Under the pieces are notes generated by a model. That model saw nothing but the letters and a program-made list of their open reading frames with translations. It was not told the DNA's origin and did not search any database. The position numbers and the translations under genes were made by a program. From Naegleria gruberi (taxonomy: Eukaryota): a stretch of 64,000 nucleotides of DNA. Position 1 is the first letter of the stretch; every line of letters starts with the position of its first letter. Location of the stretch: assembly GCA_000004985.1 (NCBI GenBank), contig GG738879.1. One strand, written 5' to 3'. This document shows positions 20,680-31,147 of this stretch, one piece after another.

Positions 20680-22422
20680 ATGGTAAGTTTTCTCTTGTAT
20701 TATGTGAGTCACTAATCAAGCCTTAAAAATTAGTCTGCTGTTGCACAACAATCAAAGACGCAATCCATCACACATGAAGAGTCTTTGACTCTAATGAGAA
20801 ATTTGATGAGAACTGCAATATCTTCTGTTTGCTATTTGAGAAATTTATTTCCTGAGGATTGTTTTCAAGACAAGTCTCTGAGTGGAATCCAAATCAAGTC
20901 TCTTCAGCCTTCAAATGAGGAGGCAAGAACACTTATCGATTGGTTAGAGAAGGGTGTGTTTGAAGCCTTGAAGAAGAAATATCTGAGAACTATAATCTTT
21001 GGAGTCTGTTCTGATCCAAGTAGAGAAATTGATTCAATGCTTGAGAGCTATGAATGTAAGTATTACACAAACTGGTTTGTTCAATTATCTGCTCTATCAG
21101 TCAAAGTAACCTATCCGGATAAGGAAGAAGGCCAGTTGAACATCTCAAGAGCAGCTGATTCGAACAAGACTAATAAGAAGATTGGAATTAAAGGAACTCA
21201 AACCAAACAAGAAATTACTCAATCAATGGTTATGATGCTTAGAACCCTCATCACTCTTGCTCAGACACTTCAACCAATTCCAGAAACTAGATATATTACC
21301 ATGAAACTACTCTACTATGAAGATGTTACTCCTAGAGATTATGAGCCATCTTTCTTTAGAGCTTTGAGAGAGGATGAATCCAGAAAATTCAATCAAGATT
21401 TTGTCAAACTGAAGATTGGGCAAGTTCAAACTCAATATCACTCGTTGAATATTCGTGTAAGAACCGCATCTGAATCATTTGAAGATGAAGATGGTAAATC
21501 AGTCACCTCAGAGATGTTATCCTCCTGCCCTATAGACAAGAATAATTCACATCCAACCTCCTCTCAATGGGCTGTCAATGTACCAGAGAATAAGCTCGAA
21601 ACAAAGAAGGAATATGATAGCGATTCGACTCAGCTTTCCCAACAGGATGACAACACTAAGCAATCAAGCAGTTGTGAAGAGAAATTATTCCTTGCAGATT
21701 TGGAAAAGATTGGTTGGTTCAATTTCCAACTCAAATCTGTCAGTAAACTATTATCCAACAAGTATCCATCTGTCACGGGCGAAATAGCTAAAGAATTGGT
21801 AATTGCCAAGAGAACCAAACTGGTCAAAGATATGGAAGATCATGAGAAGACCTATTACAAAGCACTTGCATATGTTTTAGAAGAGGATCATATTACAGCA
21901 AGTTCTCTATCCAGTGAATTAGATATCAGTTCCTACTCAGCAACCAAGTTAATCTCCCAAATGGAAAAGGAGGGTCTCCTTAAAGCTGCCTCAACAAAGA
22001 GAAAAGGGAAGAAGGTAATGCACAACAATAAGAGACTTGAAGAAGCAAAAGAGTTCATTGAATTTGAACAGTATTTGAAGCAACCTAAGACTGAATCCAC
22101 CTCCTCTCCATCCAAATCACCAGAAGCTAAAAAGAAGCAAGAATTTGATTATTCGGACTCTGATTCAGAAATTTCAAATCATGAAGAGAGTGATATCAAA
22201 CCAACTCCCAAAAAGGCTGTTCATTCCTCACCAACCGTCACTAGTCCACCAAAGCAACCTGAATCAGTTGATAAAAGAGGTGTAAAGAGAAAGACTATTT
22301 CTCAATTTGAAGTCAGTCACAGTCAAGATGAAATAACTGCCAATGATAGAGAGAATGAAGAAAATCCATCATCTTCTAAGGTGGATTTGGATTCAATCAA
22401 CTACAGTTACTCAATTTTGTGA
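20680..22422 (+). CDS. HORMA-domain protein (Hop1/HORMAD-like meiotic chromosome-axis protein), two exons: join(20680..20682,20734..22422)
   Basis: EESLTLMRNLMRTAISSVCYLRNLFPEDCF...ALKKKYLRTIIFGVCSDPSREIDSMLESYECKYY aligns with the HORMAD1 N-terminus (SLVLVKRLLAVSVSCITYLRGIFPE...ALQKKYLRMVVLAVYTNPED). The ATG is followed at once by a 51-nt GTAAGT...ACTAAT...TTAG intron; the second exon, which starts upstream of track ORF 20785, then continues in frame. Confidence 0.7.
20683..20733 (+). other. Spliceosomal intron (51 nt) directly after the start codon of the HORMA gene
   Basis: ATG|GTAAGT...AG. The downstream frame (SAVAQQSKTQSITHEESLTLMRN...) is open and extends the homology to HORMAD N-termini. 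Confidence 0.55.
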
Positions 22423-22673
22423 AGAGAGAAATTGGCTGAAACACTGTCCCGCCAGCTTACAACGGCTCAAAATTATTTTTGTGGTGTTGAAAAAAATATT
22501 AGAACGATCTATTAGGTTGTGATAAACTAACAGCAGCGAGTGCCATCAAGTCTATCATCAAAACTTGTATCAACAGTTGTTTCAAGACATTTGTAAAATA
22601 GAATTAACCTTTCAACAACAATTGTAGTAGTTGGATAATTTAAATCTACATTTCGATACAACACGAACATCAA

Positions 22674-23021
22674 ATGAATAGAAACGACAAATTAATACCT
22701 GGTTACCCAGTAAAATCGGCAACAATCACTATTGATAATAAGAATGTTTTAATCAGTGATCTCTCCGAAACTCCTGGAGGTACAATTTATGGCACAACTC
22801 CTGGTGGTACAAGACGTATTTACACTAGAAACGCTTTGTTGTTATATCGTAATTCACCAATGGCTAAAAGTCCACCGATTAATTTACCAACCATTCCAGG
22901 TATTACCACTGATGAGGATCAATCTTCTTTGTACACCAAGAAGAAGAAGGAAGTTGAACAAAAAGAAGAAAGTGATGAAGAAATTTTGAGTGATGATGAA
23001 GATCAATTCCAAATGGATTAA
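22674..23021 (+). CDS. eIF4E-binding protein (4E-BP)
   Basis: TTPGGTRRIYTRNALLLYRNSPMAKSPPINLPTIPGIT parallels human 4E-BP1 [38 protein letters not shown]. It has the YxxxxLL eIF4E-binding motif and a C-terminal FQMD (TOS-like) motif. Confidence 0.9.
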   Translation: MNRNDKLIPGYPVKSATITIDNKNVLISDLSETPGGTIYGTTPGGTRRIYTRNALLLYRNSPMAKSPPINLPTIPGITTDEDQSSLYTKKKKEVEQKEESDEEILSDDEDQFQMD

Positions 23022-23524
23022 TTTAATTGAATCTTATTCTAACACCTAACACATACATATTTACTTTTTGAATTGGTTTTCATCATCTTCCGTAATATAT
23101 TAGGAGTTTTTCAACAGGCCTACAATTCCATTTCCCAACCCTAAACTTTTAGTCAGACTTTTTTGATAGTACTAAAATACTATTCAAATGATTTTACTCT
23201 CTACCCAATAGTTAACTCCCTGACTACGAAATTGTAAATAAAGAACCCTTTTTGATGATGAAAATTATTAAATGTTAACTATTCTTCTAGAGTTTGATAA
23301 AATCAAAAGTATCTTTCTCATCAAAATCTAAAGATATTATCCAAATAATGAATATATTTTGAAGAGACACAATGAACAGTTATCATCATCCAACACAAAA
23401 ATTCTGCACATGGTGATGATGGCCCAGAAGATATTGTACGTTCAATAATAGAGGTTGCAAGTAGTGTTGGGAACAAGCAGATAATTGCAACAACGGAGTG
23501 GATGTGAAGTTGAAATAACAAAAA

Positions 23525-26155
23525 ATGAGTGAAAAAGCTAGGTTGAGAACGGATGCTGTGAATAACAGCTATTCCAACTCTGCTGATGATCAACCAATTC
23601 AACAAGAATTATCACCTGAAGAGATTTCAAAGAAGCGTCAACAACTTTTTACTAAAATTCTCTATATAATTCTCGGACTTGCTATTGCTGCTATTTTATT
23701 GACTGTTGTTATTGTACTTGTTCTCACTTATGAGGAAAAACAAGTTAAAAGATCATTGGTTTTTAATGATATTTTCAATGGAACCTTTGCCACTCAAGGT
23801 TTATCTGCAACATGGTCAGCAAATCCATCAAAGGAAGGAATCTTTTATTATTGGAAGAATAGAAAGACACAAGCAAGAGAAAATGTTGTTAGAAATGTTT
23901 TTGAAAATATGATTAGTGTTACTTCATTGAAAGAACGTGCTGATCAATCAGGTTGTGATATCATCAAGTATGATACTGCCACAAATTCCGAAAAGGCATT
24001 TATTTCTTTTGAAACACTTTCCAAAGCAAACATTCCTTGTAATACTAACTTTTTAATTCAAGGTGAAGAACGTTTTGTTTCATTTGAATTGGATATTGAA
24101 CATGTTTGGCGTCATTCTAGTTTAAGTAGATTTGTTGTTTTGGATACTGTTACATCCACTATTACTGACCTTTCTCCAAATGCTCCAAAGCAATCTATTA
24201 TGAAATGGTGTTCTTCAAGTGGTAACTCTGCTGTTGGTTCTGATGCTGTTGCTGCTTTCATTCAAGATAACAATATTTATGTTAACATTTTTGATTCAAC
24301 AACTGGTAAATCAAAGTCTTTCAGACAAATTACTAGTGATGGATCATTTGAATTGATTTTTAATGGTATTGCTGATTGGGTTTATGAAGAAGAAGTTATT
24401 GCTGGTGTTGATACTTTTTTCTTCTCTCCAGATTGTTCCAAGATTTCCTATCTTAGATTGAATGATTCTCAAGTTCCGCTTATTCAACTTCCTCTCTATG
24501 ATATGACTCACTCAAATCCTGAATATCTCAAGATTAGAATTCCAACTCCAGGTGATCATAATCCTATTCCATCTATTCACGTTTATGATATTAATACTGA
24601 CAAGACTGTCAAGGTTGATATTGGACAAGATGAAAATCCAACCAAGATTGAAGATGAATATTATGTTTATGATTTATTGTGGGCTTCTAATTCTCAAGTT
24701 GCTGTTGTTCGTGTTAACAGATACCAAAATCAAAAGGATATTTTACTTGGTGATTTGAGTAAGGTTGTCGACGGTATTGTTCCATCATCTATCATTCATA
24801 CTGTTACAACTGACAGATGGATTCAATATGCTCAAGGATCATCATTCTTCATTTTGGATTCAACTATGTTTGTTGATATTATTCCATATCATGACCATTA
24901 TCATGTTGCTCTCTTCGATTACAGCAAGGGTACCAATAATACCTTTGTTAGATATTTGACAAGTGGTGATTTTGATGTTACTACAGTTTACAGAAAATTC
25001 TCTTCAAACATTAAGAAGATTTATTATCAAAGTACTGGTGATTCTAATGGTATTAACAGAAAGATTTATGCTGTTGATTTGGAAGCTACTCAAACTATTG
25101 AATTGACAAAGAATTCAACTGCTGAAAATGTTCACTTTGATGCCTCAATCAGTGCTGGTGGTAATTATGTTATCCTTACTTATAATGGTCCTGACTTCCC
25201 AACTAGTACTTTACATTCTGTTCAAGGATTGATTTCTGGAGGTGATAGTGGTGTAACTTTGAGTGAAAATAGTCAACTTCAAAAGAAGTTAGAAAATGAA
25301 GTTTTCATGCCAAAGTCTAAGGTTACTCAAGTTCAAAACGATAACGGTGACAAGTTGAATGTTCTCTTTGTTTATCCACCTCATTGGAATCCTCAAAATG
25401 AAGTCAAATACCCAGCTGTTATTTATTCATACAATGGTCCTGGTTCACAACTTGTTAACAATGATTGGCACTCAATGCACAATGGATTCTCCCTTTATTT
25501 GGCTTCTTTGGGATTCATTGTTGTTACTGTTGATGGTAGAGGTACTGGTTACAGAGGTGTTAACTTTATGACTCAAACCTATAAGAATTTGGGTTATTAT
25601 GAAGTTTTGGATCAAATTTCTGTTGCTAAATATTTGACTGGATTGTCCTATGTTGACTCATCAAAGATTGCTATTTGGGGTTGGTCTTATGGTGGTTATT
25701 TATCATCCAAGACTATTTCATTCTATGAAAATGCTACAAACTCTGAATCTTCCCCATTCAAACTTGCTCTCTCAGTTGCTCCAGTTACCGATTGGAAGTA
25801 TTATGATACTGCTTACACTGAAAGATATATGCTTTGGCCAGAAGTTAATCCAACTGGTTACAAGAGAAGCAGCGTTTTGAATCAAGTTAAGAATCCAAAA
25901 TGTCCAATCTTGCCAACTGCTCTCAGTAATGGAGATGTTCAACAATCATCCAAGAAGTTCGTTCTTGCCTTTGGTTCTAGAGACGATAACGTTCACCCAA
26001 TTAATAGTTTCAATTTAATGTCCATCTTGCAAGATAGTCTTGTACAATTTGATTTAATGGTTTATACCAATAAGGATCACTCAATTGACAATAGAAGACA
26101 TATCTACAAATTCCTTTCTCAACATTTAGTTGATATTTTGGACGTTAGTGCTTAA
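23525..26155 (+). CDS. Dipeptidyl-peptidase IV-like serine peptidase (family S9B), type II membrane protein
   Basis: N-terminal TM helix, a long beta-propeller-like region, and a C-terminal alpha/beta hydrolase with the catalytic Ser motif GWSYGGY plus downstream Asp/His context (DDNVHP). Confidence 0.85.
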   Translation: MSEKARLRTDAVNNSYSNSADDQPIQQELSPEEISKKRQQLFTKILYIILGLAIAAILLTVVIVLVLTYEEKQVKRSLVFNDIFNGTFATQGLSATWSANPSKEGIFYYWKNRKTQARENVVRNVFENMISVTSLKERADQSGCDIIKYDTATNSEKAFISFETLSKANIPCNTNFLIQGEERFVSFELDIEHVWRHSSLSRFVVLDTVTSTITDLSPNAPKQSIMKWCSSSGNSAVGSDAVAAFIQDNNIYVNIFDSTTGKSKSFRQITSDGSFELIFNGIADWVYEEEVIAGVDTFFFSPDCSKISYLRLNDSQVPLIQLPLYDMTHSNPEYLKIRIPTPGDHNPIPSIHVYDINTDKTVKVDIGQDENPTKIEDEYYVYDLLWASNSQVAVVRVNRYQNQKDILLGDLSKVVDGIVPSSIIHTVTTDRWIQYAQGSSFFILDSTMFVDIIPYHDHYHVALFDYSKGTNNTFVRYLTSGDFDVTTVYRKFSSNIKKIYYQSTGDSNGINRKIYAVDLEATQTIELTKNSTAENVHFDASISAGGNYVILTYNGPDFPTSTLHSVQGLISGGDSGVTLSENSQLQKKLENEVFMPKSKVTQVQNDNGDKLNVLFVYPPHWNPQNEVKYPAVIYSYNGPGSQLVNNDWHSMHNGFSLYLASLGFIVVTVDGRGTGYRGVNFMTQTYKNLGYYEVLDQISVAKYLTGLSYVDSSKIAIWGWSYGGYLSSKTISFYENATNSESSPFKLALSVAPVTDWKYYDTAYTERYMLWPEVNPTGYKRSSVLNQVKNPKCPILPTALSNGDVQQSSKKFVLAFGSRDDNVHPINSFNLMSILQDSLVQFDLMVYTNKDHSIDNRRHIYKFLSQHLVDILDVSA

Positions 26156-26170
26156 ATAAATAATAAAAGT

Positions 26171-26845
26171 TTATACAAATACATCTTTAACAGAATATTC
26201 ACCAGACATTGCTAGAGCCATCAATTCAAGTAGAGAATCAACACCACTGCTAGATTTTACTCTATTCGATCTTACACTTAATGTTACAAGTGAGGAATTA
26301 TTTTTTACAACATCCATTAGTGACCTAACTCCTTCTTCTCCAATTCGATTTCCAGTCAAATCTAAATGTTCCACACTTCTATTGACATTTGAACTACTGC
26401 TATCCTTATTATAAAATACTTTTATCAATTCATTTAATCCTTCTGCTCCCATATCATTCATTGATAAATTTAAATATTGTATTGTTGTATTTTGTGCTAG
26501 TATTTCTGCTAAAATATTGCAACTTGCAGCATTTCCTAATCTATTTCCTGTTAAATCCAAATACATTATTTGACACACATTGGCTGGATTAATATTTAAT
26601 TTAGGATTTAAAATAAAACTCTTCTCATATAAATAATGAATATCATCAAAATCAATTAATTGAAAATTTAATTTAATAAAAGTAGGATTTTTCTCCAATT
26701 CCGATTCAAATAATTTTAAAATTCCTTCCGATCGTTTTTGTTTTGATTTTTCATCAAGTGGTTGTTGTTTAGTATTACTTGGGCTTCTCTGCCGTCCATC
26801 TATGATAAGTCTTGTGGGTGTGCTTGATTCCTCCTGTACAGACAT
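26171..26845 (-). CDS. Leucine-rich repeat protein (ribonuclease-inhibitor-like LRRs)
   Basis: Repeats of LDLTGNRLG...L.L..N.IG..G type. Confidence 0.6.
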   Translation of the reverse strand: MSVQEESSTPTRLIIDGRQRSPSNTKQQPLDEKSKQKRSEGILKLFESELEKNPTFIKLNFQLIDFDDIHYLYEKSFILNPKLNINPANVCQIMYLDLTGNRLGNAASCNILAEILAQNTTIQYLNLSMNDMGAEGLNELIKVFYNKDSSSSNVNRSVEHLDLTGNRIGEEGVRSLMDVVKNNSSLVTLSVRSNRVKSSSGVDSLLELMALAMSGEYSVKDVFV

Positions 26846-26865
26846 TTTTTTTAATATTCTTTTAA

Positions 26866-27633
26866 ATGTTTAATAATAGATTTAATGATGTAAGAACGAA
26901 CACACAACAATTAAGAAAATTAATAATTTACAAAAAAATGTCTTCAAAAGAATTGAAAAAGTTATTGAAAGGTCTTCCGAAATTAAAAACACCATCCAAA
27001 AAATTACCCTTCGCATCATCAAGTAATAATAAATTTAATTTATCGGAATCTTCTAAAACAAAAGCTACTGTCGGTCATATCAGAGTTTCAGACAAATTAA
27101 AGGATTGTATCTTTGATTCAATCAAAATACGGAATTTAACAAGGGATATATTGAAATTTACACCACATAAAGATTATGGGGTGACAGTATTATTTTGTGG
27201 AAATAAGTATATTACATCTTTGAATGAAAAGGATAGAAAGAAGAAAGGCCCAACAGATATTCTCTCATATCCTGTTTATTCTCCAGATTTGGATCATAAT
27301 TTTGCATTGATGGAGAAGGATGCTGCTTTTAATGATGATTTGGCAAAATTACTAGCTGATGAACATAAAATCTTAATGGAAGAGGAAAAGTTTTTAGGAG
27401 ATATGGTCATTTCTCAACCTTACATTGTTGATTATTGTAAGGAAAATAATATTTCATTGGATCATCATATGGCTCTTTTATTGACTCATGGAATTTTACA
27501 CTTGATGGGCTATGATCATGAAACTGATTCAGATTATGCAATTATGAAAGAAAAGGAAGACGAAATATTGAGTGGTTTAGAAAAGAAGTATGGCAAAGAA
27601 GAATGGAGTAAACTTAAAGTAACAAAAAGCTAA
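26866..27633 (+). CDS. YbeY-family metal-dependent endoribonuclease (rRNA maturation factor); probably organellar
   Basis: Zinc-binding signature HGILHLMGYDHETD (H-x3-H-x5-H) and a YbeY-like core. The K-rich N-terminus may be a targeting sequence. The true start may be the second ATG (MSSKELKK, around 26938). Confidence 0.8.
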   Translation: MFNNRFNDVRTNTQQLRKLIIYKKMSSKELKKLLKGLPKLKTPSKKLPFASSSNNKFNLSESSKTKATVGHIRVSDKLKDCIFDSIKIRNLTRDILKFTPHKDYGVTVLFCGNKYITSLNEKDRKKKGPTDILSYPVYSPDLDHNFALMEKDAAFNDDLAKLLADEHKILMEEEKFLGDMVISQPYIVDYCKENNISLDHHMALLLTHGILHLMGYDHETDSDYAIMKEKEDEILSGLEKKYGKEEWSKLKVTKS

Positions 27634-28228
27634 TAAAGTGGAGAATATTTCTATACCCAATATCAAATAATTGGAATTGCAAATAATTGTCTACTTAGTA
27701 ATTCTTACACAAAAGAGAAGAATTTACCTGATAATCAGATTTTGTACACACCAGGAGTTGTTTATCGACATATTTACTTTCGGATCGCCTGTCGCTCATG
27801 AATTATCATCATTAACTGTACCAGATTTATTTCTATGCAGAAAATATTTTACTTGTGCTCAATATTTTTAATGTTATGGTTTTGATAAATATTCCTTCAA
27901 TTTGTTAATTAACAAATTAATTTCTTGCAAAAAGAAGAGTCAGACAAGACCGAAACTATACATTTGAAATGTTGTGAAATTTCATGGTAGGATCAAATAT
28001 TCATTACGTCATCATCCAGAGAATTTTCTTAATATTAAGAAAAATATCAATCTATCATTGGATTCATACCTTCATCGGAACCAAAGCTTGACAAAATCAT
28101 GAAGCAAGTTGGTTAAAAATTATTTGATGATTAAAATTTTGTCATCATAATTGTTGAATTTTAAAAAAATCAAACAAACGTTTGAAGAAATTGATACTAA
28201 CGAAACAATACCACTTCATCTCAATGAA

Positions 28229-29350
28229 ATGTATAATTTAGAGGAATCATCAATAAGTGCAATTTATTCATCGGATGAAGATGTGTTCGGAAGTGTGGAA
28301 AAATTAACAACATTATCAAGCAGTGTGAATAATAATCAAGTAACAACTGCCACTTCAACAACAACATCAGAGTTTAAACCAATTCTTTCCAATGAACTCT
28401 TTAGTGAAAATATGCAATCATCATCCAGTGGTCTGGGTAGAAGATTATCCAGAAATTCCTATGCATGTGTAATGTGTAATTGTACATTCCATAAGAAATC
28501 ACAATTGAGAGCACACGTTTTAGATGCCCATCGTGAAGCATCAGATGATTCTTCCTCTAATAACTCGGATGAAACTGATGAGGAACAAATAATTCCAAAA
28601 CCAAAGGATGTTGTTGTCACAGTTTATAAATGTCCTCATCAATCATGTGGAAAAGAATTTTATTCTGAAGGAAAATTGGATAAACATTTAAAAAAACATG
28701 AAGACAAACGACATTTATGTGGATTTCCTTCTTGTGGAAAACAATTTTCATTTAGACATGAACTGCTAGATCACATTAAGGATATGCATTCACCAAAACA
28801 GAGTGTTTGCACAATTTGTAATAAGGAATTTAAAGACCTACAATCATTACAAGTACATTTAAGAACGATACACAAGAATGAAAATAGAGTATTTAGATGT
28901 CATTATGATGGATGTAATAAGTTTTATACCAATAAGAGAAACTTGGATGATCACATCAAAACAACACATTTGAAAACTAAACAATTCAAATGTGATATTT
29001 GTCAGCGAATTCTCAAACACAAAGCAAGTTTAAGAAGACATTATAAGAATATTCACAATCAAGTTTATGTTGATCCAGTGTCGACACCAATACCTTCAGA
29101 TAATGAATTCAGTGAACTTTCACTCTTTACAGATGTAAGCAGTTCAAAGAATGAAGATGCCTTCTTTAATACAGAACCAGAATTCAAAAGTCCTGACAAT
29201 ATTGACTCTAAATCCACCTCCAAAAAACGATCCAAACCAAAGTCTTCAGACACTGCCAGCACTAGTAGTGAATCTTCTAAGAAAAAGATTAAAGTTGGCA
29301 ATGTCTTTCTTGATAGAATTTTGGGTGATGACATTAATAAACAACAATAA
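28229..29350 (+). CDS. C2H2 zinc-finger protein (six tandem fingers, TFIIIA-like spacing)
   Basis: Fingers such as YKCPHQSCGKEFYSEGKLDKHLKKH, FRCHYDGCNKFYTNKRNLDDHIKTTH and FKCDICQRILKHKASLRRHYKNIH. The track ORF starts at TTG 28151; the first ATG is at 28229. Confidence 0.6.
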   Translation: MYNLEESSISAIYSSDEDVFGSVEKLTTLSSSVNNNQVTTATSTTTSEFKPILSNELFSENMQSSSSGLGRRLSRNSYACVMCNCTFHKKSQLRAHVLDAHREASDDSSSNNSDETDEEQIIPKPKDVVVTVYKCPHQSCGKEFYSEGKLDKHLKKHEDKRHLCGFPSCGKQFSFRHELLDHIKDMHSPKQSVCTICNKEFKDLQSLQVHLRTIHKNENRVFRCHYDGCNKFYTNKRNLDDHIKTTHLKTKQFKCDICQRILKHKASLRRHYKNIHNQVYVDPVSTPIPSDNEFSELSLFTDVSSSKNEDAFFNTEPEFKSPDNIDSKSTSKKRSKPKSSDTASTSSESSKKKIKVGNVFLDRILGDDINKQQ

Positions 29351-29623
29351 GGTTCCTTGTTAATTTGTTCAAATTATCTAACATTCTAACATTATGTTCC
29401 AAAGTTTGCTGGAGGAGTTAATTCTTCCCTTGTCGTATTAAATATTTTCAGGAATGTAATCTCTTGAAACATCCTCTACCTCCTATTTTTGATAAGTGAG
29501 GAAAGAAGGATGTTTTGAGCTGGTAACTGCGTGCGCATTTTCTAGTAAGTTGTTACGCCAACAAAATATTTTAAATAACAATAAGCTCTTCTAATCACTA
29601 ACAAAGAACAAATACAAAAAAAA

Positions 29624-30742
29624 ATGTCATCCACTACTACAACTACTATTGCTAAAAAACTCTTCACTCCATTGAAACTTGGAGGATCAAAAATTACTCT
29701 CTCTCATCGTGTTGCTATGGCTCCATTGACTCGTTCAAGAGCTTTTGCTGGTGATTGTGAAGTGCCAGAACTTGGCCAATTGTATTACAGTCAGAGATCA
29801 ACTGAAGGAGGTTTGATTGTTAGTGAAGCAACACAAATCAGTAGAGAAGGACAAGGTTATCCAACAACACCTGGAATTTACTCTGATGCTCAAGTTGAAT
29901 CATGGAAGAAGGTTTTGGAAAAAGTTCATCAAAAAGGAGGAGCTATGTTTTGTCAATTGTGGCACGTTGGTAGATTGCGTTGGGAAGGAGCTGTTTCTGC
30001 ATCTGAAACACCACTTCTTGAAACTAAAATGACTGATTTGGCCAATTTGCAATCTGGAATTAATAATGTTCTTCCAAAACCACCTCGTGCCTTAACTCTT
30101 GAAGAAATTAAAAGAGTTGTTGCTGATTTCGGTAAAGGAGCCAAGAATGCAAAGGCAGCCGGATTTGATGGTGTTGAACTTCATGGTGCTAATGGTTATT
30201 TGATTGACCAATTTTTAAGAGATGGTATTAATAAGAGAACTGATGGATATGGTGGTTCAATTAAAAACAGATTGAGATTCCTCCAAGAAGTTTTGGAAGA
30301 AACTGCTAAACACTTCGATTCAGGAAGAATTGGTGTGAGACTTTCACCTTATTCCACACTTTATGAAATGAGTGATTCCACTGGAAAGGAACTTTGGGAA
30401 GAAGCTGCCAAGCTTTTGAATTCATACGATTTGGCTTACTTGCACGTCATGGAACCAAAGGGTGCTGGTGAAGCATTCGTTGCAGCAGAATTGAGACCTC
30501 ACTTTAAGAATCCAATTATGGTTAATACTGGTTTTGATGCTGAAACTGGTGAAGCAATTGTTCAAAAAGGTCATGCTGATTTGGTTTCATTTGGAAGACC
30601 TTTCATTGCTAATCCTGATTTAGTTTATCGTATGAAAAATAATTTACCATTGAATCAAGTTGATTATCAAACCTTGTATTATTCCCCTAATGTTAGTGGA
30701 GGTTATACTGATTATCCAACTTATGAACAAACTCAAAAATAA
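29624..30742 (+). CDS. Old Yellow Enzyme family NAD(P)H:flavin oxidoreductase (12-oxophytodienoate reductase-like)
   Basis: GFDGVELHGANGYLIDQFL...RTDGYGGSIKNRLRF is the OYE TIM-barrel FMN-binding signature. Confidence 0.9.
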   Translation: MSSTTTTTIAKKLFTPLKLGGSKITLSHRVAMAPLTRSRAFAGDCEVPELGQLYYSQRSTEGGLIVSEATQISREGQGYPTTPGIYSDAQVESWKKVLEKVHQKGGAMFCQLWHVGRLRWEGAVSASETPLLETKMTDLANLQSGINNVLPKPPRALTLEEIKRVVADFGKGAKNAKAAGFDGVELHGANGYLIDQFLRDGINKRTDGYGGSIKNRLRFLQEVLEETAKHFDSGRIGVRLSPYSTLYEMSDSTGKELWEEAAKLLNSYDLAYLHVMEPKGAGEAFVAAELRPHFKNPIMVNTGFDAETGEAIVQKGHADLVSFGRPFIANPDLVYRMKNNLPLNQVDYQTLYYSPNVSGGYTDYPTYEQTQK

Positions 30743-30824
30743 ATTGAATAAAACAATCACTCAATTTTAGATATTTCCTTAATATTATTGAATGAAAACA
30801 AAAAAAGGAAAGATTAAAAAGGTG

Positions 30825-30895
30825 TAGGAAGACAGGGAATCGAACCCTGATCTTAGGAACCACAATCCCATGTTCTACCACTGAACTATCTCCCT
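30825..30895 (-). tRNA. tRNA-His (anticodon GUG)
   Basis: The reverse complement AGGGAGATAGTTCAGTGGTAGAACATGGGATTGTGGTTCCTAAGATCAGGGTTCGATTCCCTGTCTTCCT-A folds as a cloverleaf: 7-bp acceptor, GTTC/GAAC D-stem, TGGGA/TCCTA anticodon stem, loop TTGTGGT (anticodon GTG), T-stem CAGGG/CCCTG with a TTCGATT loop. The discriminator is A73 and no G-1 is encoded. Confidence 0.85.
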
Positions 30896-31066
30896 TCATG
30901 TCATACCTTAAAATATGTCAAATGGAAGTTATACTCAATTTGATTGTCAAGATTTAATTGGTTATTGAGTGCAAACTTACTGCACCTTCGATTCTTCCAT
31001 AAGCCAAAGTACAAATGGATTACAATTGGAACATATTTGCTTTCTAAATTTAAAAAATAAGTCAAA

Positions 31067-31147
31067 ATGGCACTCACAGATGACGAGATTTCTTCGTTGG
31101 TTGCCTTTGTGATTTGTGCCGTTTTGTTGATGGCTTTTATTGTGTAG
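31067..31147 (+). CDS. Candidate 26-aa single-TM micropeptide, OST4-like (MALTDDEISSLVAFVICAVLLMAFIV)
   Basis: Small ORF with an AAAATGG start context. It resembles oligosaccharyltransferase subunit OST4 (M.TD.QL..LA...G...L...). Too short for the ORF track. A 49-nt GT...TTAAT...TTTAG intron-like element follows and could extend it. Confidence 0.25.
   Translation: MALTDDEISSLVAFVICAVLLMAFIV

Noticed and set aside
26866-26937. The first 24 codons of the YbeY ORF (MFNNRFNDVRTNTQQLRKLIIYKK), taken as part of the protein.
   Set aside because: Not firmly rejected. It would leave only 20 bp between divergent start codons, so the second ATG at about 26938 is a plausible true start. I kept the longer ORF in the feature table and noted the alternative.
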